A stretch of 64,000 nucleotides of DNA from the human T2T-CHM13v2.0 reference genome, Homo sapiens (GCF_009914755.1 NC_060936.1); one strand, 5' to 3'. Counted from the first letter of the stretch, positions 14,438 through 29,244 are shown. Notes: generated by a model not told the origin, from the sequence alone. Numbers and translations are program-made.

Positions 14438-16171
14438 TCCTATCGCATCATTCTGAAAGGCTCCCCCTGTGCTATTTTGAATCCTCAGCCACATTTGGGG
14501 ACCTCTGTAGGATGGGTTTTATTTTTTCTCATCATCCTTGATAAAGGCAAAATGGTGGTATGGTATAGAGACTTGAGGATTTCAATCTGATCATTTTTTC
14601 ATGCTTGATTTGGGCTCTGTTCACAGCAAGTTTGTTGGGATAGGTGGGGTAGGAAAGGGGGACAATTTAAAAATAATCGTCTAATAAGAGAAGCTGTGAT
14701 GCTTGACTAATTAGAAATGGAGAATTTGCTTCTTAAAAAGGCAATCTTCATAGTACTAAAGACAACCAGATTATATCTGTTCAGGCCACCATAGGGTTTG
14801 CCTTCAGATGCAGAAACTTATCTCTGAGATGGCTTTAAGATGGAGTGGTGAGAGTCCACATTGAGTTTCCTATCTGTTTCCAGATGTGTGCGTGGGGTTT
14901 CTTGTCTCTGTCTCTGTCCCCCCTCCTCTGGCTGGCTTAATACTGGGAGAATTCTTTTCGCTTCCTGGAGGACCCACATGCTTTGGAGTGAGGGAAGCCA
15001 ACTTGAATTCTGGCTCCAATCCTTAAATCCCATCTGGAAGTGTCATATAGATGGGATCTGTTCCCAGCTTGGAATCTACCTGGGTATAACCTGGCACTCA
15101 ACGTGTGGCCTCAGATGTTTTTGTTGAGCAAAGAGAAATATATCAGAGAAAGATGAAAAAAACCCCAAATCAGGAAATCTGTCCATTTCCACTTCCTGAT
15201 TCTGTGACCTTCAGCAAGTCATTGAACTTTAGAGAGTGAGCCTTGGTTCCCTTATTTGTGAAATGGAGTGCTCACATTCCTTTCCTTAGCTTTCTCAAGT
15301 GAAATAATATTTTATGTAAAAATGCTTTTGTAAAACCGCAGAGCAGCCTCACCCTTACTGTAAAAGGAATATTTTGTTGCTTGTTAGAACACTGGCATTT
15401 ACTCAGCATTTTTGCTGGTTGTTTACCTGTTATCTCTCTCTGTGTTAAACATGGAAAATTATTTGTTTATAAGTTTTCTTTCTGCTTTTTAGTCTTCTGG
15501 GAACCCTGCAGTGCCTAGGCACTTTGAGGAAGGGTTTTCTGGAATTTCACATGGGTTTCACCTCACCCTATCCACATAGCTTGTCTTTAGAAGTCCCTAT
15601 CTCCCTGTGTTTTCTGGGGTGAAAGACAGAAGCTCTGATCTGCAACCTCAAAGCTGCAGTGTTCAGGAAAGCCAGATATTTTTGTTTTCTTTCTTTCTTT
15701 TTTTTTTTTTTTTGCCTCTCAATTGGAGTCATATAGTGCTGCAGCAAGACTTGTTTTCTGGATTAGTTACTGACCCAAAGTATTTTTCTTGCGAATAAAT
15801 GTTGCTTCCCACCACAGTGACTCGAGAATAGGAAGGACACATGGAGAGGATTATAAATAGGTTTTGGTGCCAACAGATAGGGCAGCCTTCCAGAAAAATT
15901 ATTTGCATTCACCATGTGTTTGTTAAATGGGCAATTATGGAGTGTACAGTTGCTAGCATTTGTTTGCCTCTCCTTGGGAAGGCGATAGTTCAGTAGTGGC
16001 CTGCATTTGACCCTTAGTCAGAGAGCTAGTGGGCTTTGCAGCTAGTTCATTCATTTGTCCTAATCCAGGATGGACTGTTTAAAAATATATATCCAGCCAG
16101 AAAACAGACATAGACACGTATAGGGAATGAGTTCTTGACAGAGAATTTCAGTATTTAACCATTGGTATAAG

Positions 16172-16350
16172 CATCCTTCCATCCATCCATTCATCTACTT
16201 ATCCACCTTACCATCCATTTTCCATCCCTCCTTCCATTCATCCATCCACTCACCTACTCTTCTACCCATCCACTCATCCATCCGTCCGTCCATCCATTCA
16301 TCCACCCATCCATCCATCCATCCATCCACCCATCCATCCATCCATCCTCC
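16172..16350. repeat. Degenerate (TCCA)n tract at the tail of a minus-strand L2 (to about 16465)
   Basis: atccatccatcc array followed by caagcacctactgggtgccag...ctcaaggagcctacagtct. Confidence 0.9.
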
Positions 16351-16751
16351 ATTTTGGCAAATGGTTATCAAGCACCTACTGGGTGCCAGTTCTGTCCTGG
16401 GTTTTGGGGATGAAAAGTCAAATAAGACAGGATCTCTGACCTCAAGGAGCCTACAGTCTGCGGTACAGGATGTTTTCCTAAATTTTAAGTCAAATTCTTC
16501 CTTGACACATACCTATTTTTATTTTGTTTTGGTTCTCATCTCTGTGAACAGAGCAAAGCATGCAACCATTGTAACACTTTCATTTGTTTTTATAAACTCA
16601 AGTTCTAGAGTTGGATTTCATGATTTGCATAACTCGGCATAGTGTAAGTGCTTGTAGTTTTAAACAGAAAAAGAGGGAAGAAATGACAATCCAGAAAAAA
16701 GATCAAATCTTATGACTGTAATTTATTAAGGTATCCAATGGAATTCTTTCC

Positions 16752-16940
16752 TTTTTTCTTTCTTTTTTTTTTTTTTTAAGAGACAGTCTCAGTTACATAA
16801 GCTGGAATGCAGTATCATGATCATAGTTCACAGCAGCCTTCAACTCCTGGGTTCAAGTGATCCTAGAACTTGTGGCCTCAAGCAGTCCTCCTGCCTCAGC
16901 CTGCCAAAGTGCTGGGATTACAAGCATGAGCCACTGCTCC
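16752..16940 (-). mobile_element. AluJ with internal deletion
   Basis: T tract and gagacagtctc; right-arm part joined directly to left-arm part at about 16865. Confidence 0.85.
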
Positions 16941-17109
16941 TAATTCTTAAGAGATATTTTTAAACCTCATAGTGTATACTCTTCAGAATTACTTTTTGAA
17001 CCATAAGTTTAAATGGCAAACACTTTCTAAATGTATTTTACTGAAAGGCCAGTTGAGAAGAAGAGGATTCCATCATCTTTTGAATTAGCATGAGGACAGG
17101 CCATTAAAA

Positions 17110-17345
17110 TTCATGATTAAGAGCACAGGATTTAGGTCTGACAAACCTGGGTTTGGATTTCCATTTTGCTGTTCTCTACCTGTGTGACTTGGGGCAAATT
17201 ACTTAATCTCCCTGAGCCTCAGCTTTCCTCTTTATAAAATGGGAATAACAACAGTATTTACCTGAGAGAACTGGTATTAGAATGAAGCGAGAGTAAAGAT
17301 TTGCAAAGTACTCAACACAGGCCTGGGATATAGTAAGTGCTATTT
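17110..17345 (+). mobile_element. MIR, near full length
   Basis: ctgtgtgacttggggcaaattacttaatctccctgagcctcagctttcctc. Confidence 0.85.
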
Positions 17346-18708
17346 TGATTATTTTTAAGGGCAAAGAGATTAGATAGTTAACAAAAAAAGGAAAACCAAA
17401 TATTGGTCATTGGAGGGTTTCTGTGGAAATAAGATATGTGATGCCTTTTGGTATTACACAACTAACAATCTCCTGAGAAATCGTAAGGTTTCTCACATAG
17501 CCCTTATTTGCATCTTTGCTATGATGCCGATTTTTACCAAGCTGTTTTTTGCAGTTCAAGGATTGGTGGGAAACGTTTGTATGTGTTGGGGTGGGGGTGG
17601 GAGAAGAAAGAGCGTCAAGCCTATAAACAATGCTTCAGATTTTCAGCTAATTTTAACACGAATTAGATTTTAGGTTTTTAGCATGTCTTTTCGGCAGACG
17701 ACCCCACTTAGAAAATCCAATTCTGAAATTAATTTCAACAAATCAGAAAGGCTGATTGGTAGTTGTATCTGACTTTTTTTCTTGTTGACCAGTGAGTTGA
17801 CTTTTATATAACACTTGAGGCAAAGAGTTCAGTGTTGTGGGAATTATTTTCACAAATGGATCATTTTCTTAAAAAAAAAAGAAAAGAAAAGAAAAAGAAA
17901 AGAAGGGAGAATTTCTCTTGGTGTTTTTGTTCCATGGAAGGTAGTTCTACATACTGTTTATAGAGGCCTTGATCCTTTTTAAACTTAAGGAGCCCAGTTG
18001 GCCTCTATTGCAATAAATTGAGCTCCATATAGGGGCTGAGGGACATTTAATTTATGTGCCTGACTCTTTTCCCCAGTTCAGCCGGCTACTTCCTGGGATG
18101 GTGTTCTTGATTGATGGCCCTTCTGGCATGTTGTGCTGCTGGGATGTCTTTTGAAGTTTCTCCTCCGGGCCTGAGGTTTGCCCCTGTGAGGTGTTAATGG
18201 GCTTCCTGCTGGGGCTTTATTTGTGAGGGGTGCTTGTTAGAGGGGGCTTGATGGGCCAGTGGGGGCACCAGAGCGCCAGTTCTTCCACTCTGAAGAGTTG
18301 ATTCTCAGGCCCTGGACTCGTGTTCTCAACCCACTGCAAGTCTTGTTTTTATTTGTGCTCCTCAGGTAGAAATGTTTAGCTTCTGGGGGTTCCGAGAACC
18401 CTGGCAGGTTTTGGGAGTGGGTGATCAGGCCCAGCCAGGGAAGGGTTGCTTTGAGAACCCACACAGATAAGTGGACTCCTCCCCACAGGGGATGGCAGGG
18501 ATTTGCGGTGAATAATAAGGGGTTGAGTCTTGAGCAAGATGGCCCATACCTTGTCCTCTTTTCTCCCGGGTTGGCAAGGCCTCCGTGTTCTCCTCCCTGG
18601 GTCCTCAGCGGCCTGACTGCCTCTAGCCTCCCCTCCCAAATTCCATTCTCCTCAGCACCACACGGCACTCTTTCTAAAATGGCTCTCCTCTTGCCAGTCC
18701 TTTCATGG

Positions 18709-18985
18709 TGTAACGGGTTGAATTGTGTCTCCCCACAAATTCCTAACCCCCAATGCCTCAGAATGTGACTGTATTCAGAGATAAATAGGGCCTTTAAAAA
18801 GGTGATTAAGGTAAAATGGGGTCATTAGGGTGGATACTAATCCAGTCTGACTGATGGGCACAGAAACCAGACCTGACCTGCCAACACCTTATCTTCCAGC
18901 CTCCAGAACTGTGAGAAAATAACTTTGTTGTTTAGGCCACCCAGTCTGTGGTACTTTATTTTGGCAGCCTGAGTGGATTAATACA
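18709..18985 (+). mobile_element. MLT1 (MLT1B-like) solo LTR, internally deleted
   Basis: TG...CA ends with TSD catgg (18704-18708, 18986-18990); ccagcctccagaactgtgagaaaataa. Confidence 0.9.
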
Positions 18986-19372
18986 CATGGCTACCTTGAC
19001 CGATGGGGTATATTTCCAACCTCATGGAGTGTCACAGGAGGTCTTTTGTCTCTGGCTGCTGTCTGCCTTTCTGACCTTGGGCAGAGCTCTCTTCTCTTGC
19101 CTGAGAAACTACAGATCCTTTATGACTCAGTTCTAGGCTACCTGCTCTGCGTGAGGCCCTCTGAGACCATCCTTCTCTCTGTCTCCCTCCCCTCCCCACC
19201 GACGTGGATCTTCTATACACTTCTGAGAACCTTGAGGGCAGAGACAGCACCTAGCTCTGAGCCTGGTAGTTAATCAGTGTTTATTGAATTAGTTAAGACT
19301 TACACTTTATTGTTTTGTTTCCTTAGGAAGCTACCCGCTATGCCCAACTTAGTGCTCTATTAGAAAAGATGA

Positions 19373-19733
19373 TGTATTAGTCTGTTTCCACACTGCTGTA
19401 AAGAACTACCTCAGACTGTGTAATTTATAAAGAAAAGAGGTTTAATTGATTCACAGTTCCGCATGGCTGGGAGAGCTCAGGAAACTTACAATCATGGCGG
19501 AAGGTGAAAGGGAAGCAAGGCACGTCTTACATGGCAGCAAGAGAGAGAGTAAGGGAGGAAGTACCACACTTTACAACCATCAGATCTCATGAGAATTCAC
19601 TCAGTATCACGAGAACAGTATGGGGGAAACCACCCCCATGATCCAGTCACCTCCCACCAGGTTCCTCCCTTGACACGTGGGGACTACAAGTGGAGATGAG
19701 ATTTGGGTGGGGACACAGAGCCAAACCATATCA
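19373..19733 (-). mobile_element. THE1D/MSTA-type solo LTR
   Basis: tgtattagtc...ccaaaccatatca; TSD gatga on both sides. Confidence 0.93.
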
Positions 19734-21106
19734 GATGATAAACCTTGATTTTTCACAGGGTGTTAATAGCTTCATACAGGTATGTCCCAGATGATGATGG
19801 TTATGTCCGTGATAACACTAGTAATTTTAGCTAGTATTTACTGAGCACGTTCTATACACCAAACAAGCATGTGCCTCACCTAACTGTCACAACATCCTTT
19901 CAGGTAAGCGTATTTTCAAGTAAATTTGAGCCAGCTTTATCTGGGAGATGGCATAGCCCAGCTGTGAGCAAGAAGATTCAAAAGCTAAAGGCTTCTTTGC
20001 CTCCAGATCATTTCTGGCAGGGCTTGACACTCCAAAGTGATTTTTCTTCAGGTGCTCAATCTCATAGTAAATTTCAATGAAACTGGCGAGCAAATGAAAC
20101 CTCCTTTAACTCACTCTTCATTTGCAAACGTAGGAAGAAATTGTTCAGTGACAACTCTGTTCAGTAGAACCATCATGAGTTCACTGGGTCCCCCTGCAGC
20201 TTGGGGACTGGGTGGCCAGTGCTGTTCTTCCACCTGCCACTCTTTAGATATGGAAAAAGAGACCTGGAGGAGTTTTCCAAGATGTTGTCAGGTTATAAGA
20301 AGAGCTAGTGAGTGCACTAGACTGTGCTGTTTTTCCTTTGGTGTTCAGATAGAGAGAATTTTAAATTCACTTTTTGCTCTAGGTGCTATCAAGGCTTTTA
20401 GTTATTTTTCATTTTAAAACCCTGGGAAAGAAGAGGGATGACCTGGCCATTTTCGATCCAATGTACTTGACAGTATTTCCTTGTGCTGCAGTGTCCCCAG
20501 GACTGACTTTGCAATTCTTTCTGAGTTGTGCCATACCACTGAATCCACTGAGGGCAACCTTACCTTTTGGAAGGGAGGTGAGAAGAATAAAGAAATGTAG
20601 AAATTCAGTAAACACACCGCTGGGCAAGTAGGACCTCAGTCTAGTGTAGAGAGAGCTGGCTGCCATCAGGAAATAGCTGTGTCCACAGCTTTCTCATTTT
20701 ACCTTAGTGCTCAGGCAGACCCTGTGGAGGAAATGAAATTTAAATAGAGAGGTGGACAAGTCTCTGCCTGAGCTTCCCTGAGGCTGGGGAAGGAGATGAG
20801 GGCAAATTGAGCACCTGGAGACCAGAGTAACTAAGGAGTTGTGCCTACTTACTCTTTGCTGGAGAGATTGTTAGGTCTGGCATACATTTCTGGGGGTTAT
20901 TAGATTCCTTCCTTGGTTTAGGTCAACTTGTTGTGTGACAGGGAGACATTGTATTCTAATCTCTGGAATCTGGCTGCCTTTTTCCATCCCTGGCCCTGCC
21001 ACTTACTTTGAGAGCTCAGACAAGTGGCTTGACTCTCTTTGTTCTTTTATAGGGCTGTGTGTGGATTAAATAAGATCATGCATGTAAAGTATGTAGCCCA
21101 GTACTT

Positions 21107-21880
<774 letters not shown>

Positions 21881-21904
21881 TTAAATGCTCAATAAATGTT
21901 AGTT

Positions 21905-21955
21905 ATCACTACCACCACCACCACCATCATTATAATCATCATGATCATCATCATT
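21905..21955. repeat. (CAC)n/(CAT)n tract
   Basis: Read directly. Confidence 0.85.
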
Positions 21956-22861
21956 TCTGGTCTTAGCCTATAAATTCCTCCACGTCCTCACTTCTTATTT
22001 GATCCCCTTATTCTCCATTTTAGCCCATGTTAGCTTGTGCTTTGTTCTCTTGCATGATTTGCCTCTGTCCCTGTCTTGAGACCTTTTTATACCCAGAGGC
22101 TGGCAATGTAACTAGAGTCCTACAATAAGCTCCTGTGTGATGGAAATGGATCTTAAAGCTGGTGAGGACATTGACAGTTTAGGGAGACTAGAGCATAAAG
22201 TCTTAGCAATCTACTTGGCAGCTTCATTGACATACTACAGGAAAAGGTGACGGAAGGAAGAAAAAAGTCTAGCTATCTTGAAATGTAGGTTAAGCACTTG
22301 CTTCATTTTGTTGTATTCTTTCCACTCACTTTTGTGAACTTCCACTGAAGATGTCTTGAATCTCCATGGAATTCTTCTCAAAGCTTCAGCCTGGATATCC
22401 AGCCTCCTGACTCACCTTTGGGGTTTCCAAAATATGATAAGTTCAAAATCTGTGGCCTTAAGAAGGTGGTGGAAGCCAAGTTTCTTTTGGTTCAGAAGCA
22501 CTTTGAGTATATAAATGGATTCGTGCTGTAGACCCTGATTCATGATTTAGATGTTTCGCAGGAGCTTTTCAGGATAGAGATGGTTCATTGAAATTTCACG
22601 TGGATTTAAGGCTCATTAAGGTGTTGGGGAAGCCGGATGCCACTCTGTCAGTATAAATTCCAGTGAGGCTAATTTAGTGGAGCTGTAGCCAGCTTTCATG
22701 TTTTCCATCAGCCACACTTACCTTCATCTCTTCCCTTCTCCTTTCTAAAATACTGTATCAGAAAGTGACATTTTTTTTCTCCTAGGAGAAGAATCGCTCA
22801 AAGATGATGGTCTTCCTTCTTTCTACCATGGTATTTGTCTTTAAAGATTAGGCGATGTGGT

Positions 22862-23147
22862 GGGTGGGCATGGTGGCTCATGCCTGTAATCCCAACACTT
22901 TGGGAGGCTGAGGTGAGAGGGTCAGTGAGGCCAGGAGTTTGAGACCAGCCTGGGCAACATAGTGGGACCTTGCCTTTACAAAAAATGTAAAAAATTAGCC
23001 AGGTGTTGTGGTCCATGCCGGTACTCCCAGGTACTTGAGAGGCAAGAGGATCGCTTGAGCCCAGGAGGTTGAGGCTGCAGTGAGCTATGATTGTGGCAAC
23101 AGAGGGAGATCCTGTGTCCAAAAAAAAAAAAAAAAAGAGAGAGAGAG
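22862..23147 (+). mobile_element. AluJ with deletions and an A/(GA)n tail
   Basis: Degenerate TSD aaagattaggcgatgtgg / aaagattaagtgacatgg. Confidence 0.93.
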
Positions 23148-24007
23148 AAAGATTAAGTGACATGGATACAAAGGATGGGAAAATCCTGCAAAGAAAGATT
23201 GAAGTCATTGTTGATTTATTTTTTCTTTCCCTCATTCTTTCTTCTTTTCAGTCCCTGTGGGTTCTCCCTGAGATCTCTCTTGGGAATTCCTCTCATTCAT
23301 TTCTTCCCTTGTGTTACTGTTCTAATTCAGGCCCATAGTATCCCTTGCTAGGACTGGTGCAGTAGTCTTCTGGTTTCCTTGCCTCCTGCCTCTTCTCCAT
23401 CCTGTGCATGTTCTCCCAGCACTGATCTGGCCCAGTCACTCTCTCTGTTACACATAGTACCTTCTTCCCATTACTGTCAATGGCATACACCCTTCCTTGG
23501 CATGGGATCCAAGACCAGACCATGACTATGGTTGTTTGCTAACAGTCAGAATATCTGGCATCATGGTAGGCATTGTTTGTAAATCTTTTTTACAGTGAAG
23601 GAAATGGAGGCTAGAGGGATTAAGTCACTTGCCCAGTGGCTCCTGCTAAAAAGCAATGAAACCAGGATTGGGCTCTGGGCAGCTGCACTCCAAAACTGGT
23701 GCTCTTAATCCCCACATCATGTGTTGGTCTCATCTCTGTCTATCCTCTTCTCCCACCATCTCTTTCCCTCACACCCTGGCTTCCAGCCCCACGAATCGGC
23801 TTTCATGTCCCTGTCTTGTTGCCATCAACAGCATGACTTGAAGTTGCCCATGTCATGGTGTCTGAACCTTCATGTTTGCTGTCCTCTCTGCCTGGAGTGC
23901 CTTCCCTCTCCCTTTTGACTGGCAAAGTTTCACTCCAAGGTCTAGTTCACAGCCCTTTTGTGATGATTCCCACCCCCACCCCGTTATAAAAATGAGCCAA
24001 AGACGGT

Positions 24008-24580
24008 GTATTGGTTCCTAGGTTGTTTCTTCACAACAGACTGCACCTAACAGTCTCAAAAACCTGTAGGTTCCAAACTCAATTTTTAAAATGTTTATGA
24101 GTTTATTACAAAGAATACCAAGGAACAGTCCGATGCAGAGGTACATAGGGCAAGGTGCGGGAGGGGTGTAGAGCGTCCATGCCCTCTCCAGGCATGCCAT
24201 CCTCCCACCACCTGTGTGTTCACCAGCTCAGAAGCTCTCTACACCCCTTCCCAACCTCAAATTTTTACACATCCATTTGTTTTAAAAATAGCCAAAACAA
24301 GCAGATTTCTAGCCATTCAGGGCCTGCCTACTTTGCATACCCCACAGAACTATACCCACCGTGTGCCAGCCACTGATGAGACAGAGCCTTATGGTTATAA
24401 GACCTAAGACTGCTCACTGTCCCAATGATCCTACAATGCTCCTGAGCTACATCATCCCCTACAGTTCCCCTCCCCACCCCAGACAGTGTTCCCCACACCC
24501 ACCATAACCCTCTGGATGGTCTCATGCTATGAGGGACTTCCCTCTCATGCAACCCTGTTTAAGTGCTGTTGTGTGTCACT
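24008..24580. mobile_element. ERV LTR remnant (MER21-like)
   Basis: catagggcaaggt...tccatgccctctccaggcatgccatcctcc...tgtgttcacca...gaagctctc resembles recalled MER21; extent uncertain. Confidence 0.55.
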
Positions 24581-24589
24581 GCCAAATCT

Positions 24590-24728
24590 TTTTTCTTTTT
24601 ATTTCCTTTTAGAGATAGGTTCTCGCTATGTTGCCCAGGCTGGTCTTGAACTCCTGGGCTCAAGCAAACCTCCTGCCTCAGCCTCCTGAGTAGCTGGGGC
24701 TACAGGCACGCACCACCATGTCTTGCTT
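24590..24728 (-). mobile_element. Alu monomer (FLAM_A-like)
   Basis: TSD ccaaatct on both sides. Confidence 0.9.
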
Positions 24729-27700
24729 CCAAATCTCTTTTCTTGATGAGCTCCCAATTACTCAAACCCCTATACCCTCAACAGATTCCATCACTCTGTT
24801 TTATAAATTTCCATGGTATTTTGAACCCACCTCCATGACTGTACTCATCACATCATGCTATAGTTAGTTGTATACTTGATTATCATCCCTTTGGATTCCT
24901 GACCAAGACTTGAGGAAGCCAGGGAGCCCTGGGTTGGAAAGAATAGGAAGAAGTGTAATGAACTCGTAAACATGATCAGGTGTTCCCAGCGTCATGGATT
25001 CCTTTGTGGTTTTGTACTTGGCCATGCTTTATCTTGGTTGCTGGCATCAAACCTGAAAACACTGGCATTTTGTGAAGCACCTGGGGAAGAACTTATAAGT
25101 TTAATTTCCTCTGAGCCTGAAAATATGACCAGGTGAAATGTATGAAGTAGGGATGATTACTAAAATGGAGACTTTTCAAGGCTTATTTTGATGGTTCTTT
25201 TGTTTCCTGCCATCTCCCCTTAACCTGGACTTGACAACTAAAAAAATGAATAAATAAATCAATAAATAAATGAGTGGAAGGATTCTCCGCGTGATAATGA
25301 TTCTTCTGAGCACATTTTCTTCCAAACTGTGCTCCCAGAAGACACTTGGAGTCTTAGATGGTTCATGGATCATTATCACTTGTCAGGGACAGTGGAAACG
25401 TAGGAGCTGGTTGCAAGTGCCAATCAATAAGCAATGAAAAGAAGGCACTGTGAAATGGCCTCAGCCAATGGATGTTCAGAGAGACAGAGACAGGCAGCTT
25501 TTCTGGATAAGTCTTTTTGGCTGTAGCTCATGTCCCGTTACAAAAATTTCCATTGGATTGGGCCGAGGCTGGGAAATTGAAGGCATTTATTTAGAATGAA
25601 ACTAAAATTTACCCCCATCCCCAAATCCTTTCAATGAAATTAAAGTTACTTATAATGAAAGAGAGATCTTGGGTTAGTAGAGATGCATTTTTTAATAGAG
25701 AAAGGGAAAACTAAAATGTGGTTTTCTTAAGCCTTTGGCAAGGTTCATGTTGAAATAACAGTTCTTTTTTTCCTTCAACATTGTCAGTGTAATAGTGATA
25801 TAAAGTTTTATGAATAAATAAATGTATTTAGCAAAATGACATATTTCAGCGATAAATTTGGTTTCTTAGTTCAGAATATTGCTTTGACTAAGGAAGGAGA
25901 GTGACAGAATGAATATCAAGGACTCTACCCCTCATTTCCATTTTCTTTGACAGTGTGATATGGGCCACAAATGAAGACCTTGAACCTGAAACCGTCTGTG
26001 GTTTCTCTAGCAATTCTCACGACTTAGCCTCTTCCTCCTTCTTCCCTCAGAACCGGGCAAATAGAGCAAGGACAATTTCCCAGCAATATTTTTCCAAGTT
26101 GCGGTTAGTCACTTGCTGCTCACGGTTCCCATTTAGTGATTTCCATTTCAATGAACTTTTTGCTTAGTGACTTTTGAATTCGTTCTTATCACATTACAAA
26201 CACATACCTGAAGGTTGCCAGGTGGATGGATTTCAGTTGATCCCACTGAGAGGGCAGGAGAGGCCACTGTCCTCTTTAATGTTTCCTCCCAGGAAGGAAG
26301 GATTCATCATGTAATCCTGTATTGGTGCTGCATGGTTTCTGGTGTGAGTGGTGCCTGGCCTTGAAGCTCTGCTAATCTCCAGACGGCCAGACTGAAGAGC
26401 ATAATGCATGTGTGGGCTGATTTCTTGGGAGCTTTTGTTTTGATTATTTTCATTTGCATACTGATTTATTAAGCACCAGAATGTAAGGGCTAGAAATCTT
26501 TTTATTTCATCTTATTAAGAAGCTCAATTATTCTTTCTTCGCAGAAGCCAAGTTTCTGATTAGCTATACCAACCCCATCTCCATTAGGCAATTTAAGATG
26601 TGAATTATACATTTTTTAAAAAGCAGCTAATTATGGTAAAGCCTGACACATTTATATTTCTGTGAAACCCCTGTGGCAAAGATTCTGGCTAGAAGATGAC
26701 ATCATATGGGGTTATAAAATCACTCCTTGTGGAGCTGTTTCTTCATGTTGTAAGAAAACTTGTAAATCTGAAAAGATTGTACTTATGCCTTCTGATCCTC
26801 CTTCCCTAGGCCTCACCTGCCCTTTGGAGTCTGTGAGCTGAGTTATGGTGTAGGGACTCCGTCCTTGATATTCTCATAGAGATGCCCTCGTCCTCCTGGA
26901 TTTCAGGGTGGAAGGAATGGGAATGGTAGGTCAAGTCTGAGACATTGAGGTCTGACGCTGTCTTCCTGTTCAGATGGTAGCTTGTTTTGGGGACCTTTCA
27001 GCGGAGTGTCTGTCCTTAGTGCCTCATGGGCTGCCATGCACTGGGTTTTAAGTGCAAACTGTTTTAGAATAATCTGGTCTTAATGTCTGGGAGTTCTAAT
27101 ATGTGCATCCCAATGAGGTTCTTAGACCTCAGGGCCAGATCTCACACTGACTCTCTTTGACCGTGCTGCATTCCACAGGCAATGTGGAATGTTGCTTACC
27201 TCAAGGAACATAAACCTTACATTGTGGAATAGAGGTATTTGCAAATATCTTCTCCTCTCCCATTGCCAGGGTGGCTCAGTGTCTGCTAAAATTGAATCCA
27301 TATGGGTACACCGAGCAGAAGGGGAGGGCGGAATGGGTGGGAAAGTACATTGCAGTATTTGTTTGTGATGACATTCATTTAACCAGAGCTAACCTCGGAG
27401 TTATAAACCAGGGCATTATTTCCTAAACAGTATCATGTATTCATTTGTGGCAGTATAGAAGATTTAATTTATACATGTATTTATGCATAGACATATGAAA
27501 GAGATCATAGCTCTGGATTCAATGTGATAAAAAGCAGATTCATTCTAGAGTCCCATATACAGTGGATTGTGAAGAACAATCCTTTTTATTATATAACATT
27601 TACTTTCCTCTAGGACATCTGTTAGTTCAGCTGTTTTCAATGGTGCATCAGCAACATACAGAGGGGATATGCATTAGAAATGAGGGTGAGACTGTAATTT

Positions 27701-29244
27701 GATAAAACATATCAATTCACTTTGCTGGTTTTTTCCATACAAAAATACAGACAGCAAAGCAGGACAAGTCTTCTTGCCTGGCAGGGACGTGAAAATGATG
27801 GACTGGGAAAGTATCTTCGGGATGAGGGCTCGTAAAGGCTGAGAAATGATGCCTTGGAGCTCATGAGAAATAGTATTTGCTCAAACCCTTTCAAGACAAA
27901 CTATGACCACTTAATTTACTTTAAGTCTGGTGTTTATGTCATAGACTCAGTATTTAAGTCTAATGAGGCCAACCTCTTCTTCATATAGAACTGCCCATGA
28001 GTCGATGCCCATCATTGCTTGGTAAAGACTTCCTACTCAATGTGTGGTCATAGGACCAGCAGTATCAGCACCACAGTTGTTAGATGTTAGCAGTGCAGAA
28101 TCTCAGGCCTCACTTGTCCATATGATGTACTTGTGTAAATTTTGCACGCCTTTGCTTCATTGTTCTTCCACGTCATCCACAGCAGCCCATGGTAGCATGT
28201 CTCATTCTCTTCCTTTGATCGGGAGGAGTCTGGATTTTTGGATCGGATCAGAACTGTGCTCAGCTTGGCTCTGCCTGTCTTTTCATTGCTCTGCCTTGCT
28301 TTTCTCTTCTATAAAGTGGAGATACCAACAGCAACCTCACAGGGCTTTTAAGAGAATGTTTATAAAACACTTGGCACAGAGCGAGGCAGATAGAAGATGG
28401 TGGTGATTACTGTGATGACAGTGATGTTTATGTCCCATCTCCCCTGGTGGTTGTATGTTCCTTTGAAAGAGCCTCCCTGTCCAGTTCATCTTTCTATTCC
28501 TCCAGGCCGGCTTCTCTGTGCCTGGAACATGTTTGATGGCTGAAGGGATAGTTGTGCAGCACTACCATCTGTACCTTAAGATCCTTGATCTCTGAAAAAT
28601 TCAGTTTGAGTCAGAGGCAGCAGTCCTAATAACTTTAGCTCCCAGGGGAAGCATTCTAGAAGCTGTTAGGAAACAATTTCTTCACTGTCAGGTTCAGGCA
28701 TGTGCATGGCTGCCCTCTGGTTACACACCACATTGCACGCAGGTGTGTGGAACAAAAAGGGGTAGTTGCTGAAAATATACCAGCTCAAGGTTTCCATTAT
28801 CATGTCACTCTGGAATGAGATGGAAAGTGAAGAGCTCAAATAACAGGCTTCAATCATCCACCAACTTGGGGAGTTGTCATCTTGGATTGGGATTATGGTT
28901 CTAAGATACAGAAGACCTAAAACAGCAGAACCTAAGATGGTGGGCTGGTGCTATCCATAGAAACAGCTGACCAGGCAGGTGCCCAGCATTGAATTAGCAT
29001 TGACCTTGAGATACCCAGCATGTGGCTTTCCACGACATTAGGGGGGTAGTGGGGCCAAGCAGTTAACAGGGTGGGCTCTGAGGTCCAATGACTTGGGTTG
29101 GAATCTTGGCCCTGCTTCTTATCAGTGGAATCACAGGCAAGTTACTTAACTTCACCAACCCACACCACTCACAAGAACATTAGAACACTGGAGATGGATT
29201 TATGCCCTGACTGGTTAAGTTCAATAGAATTTTTAAAAACCCTT

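Noticed and set aside
22798-23235. 145-aa ORF, and similar ORFs at 9739, 21608, 36031, 50111, 50986, 56869 and 62769
   Set aside because: Alu-derived translations (e.g. LECSG, PASAS motifs)
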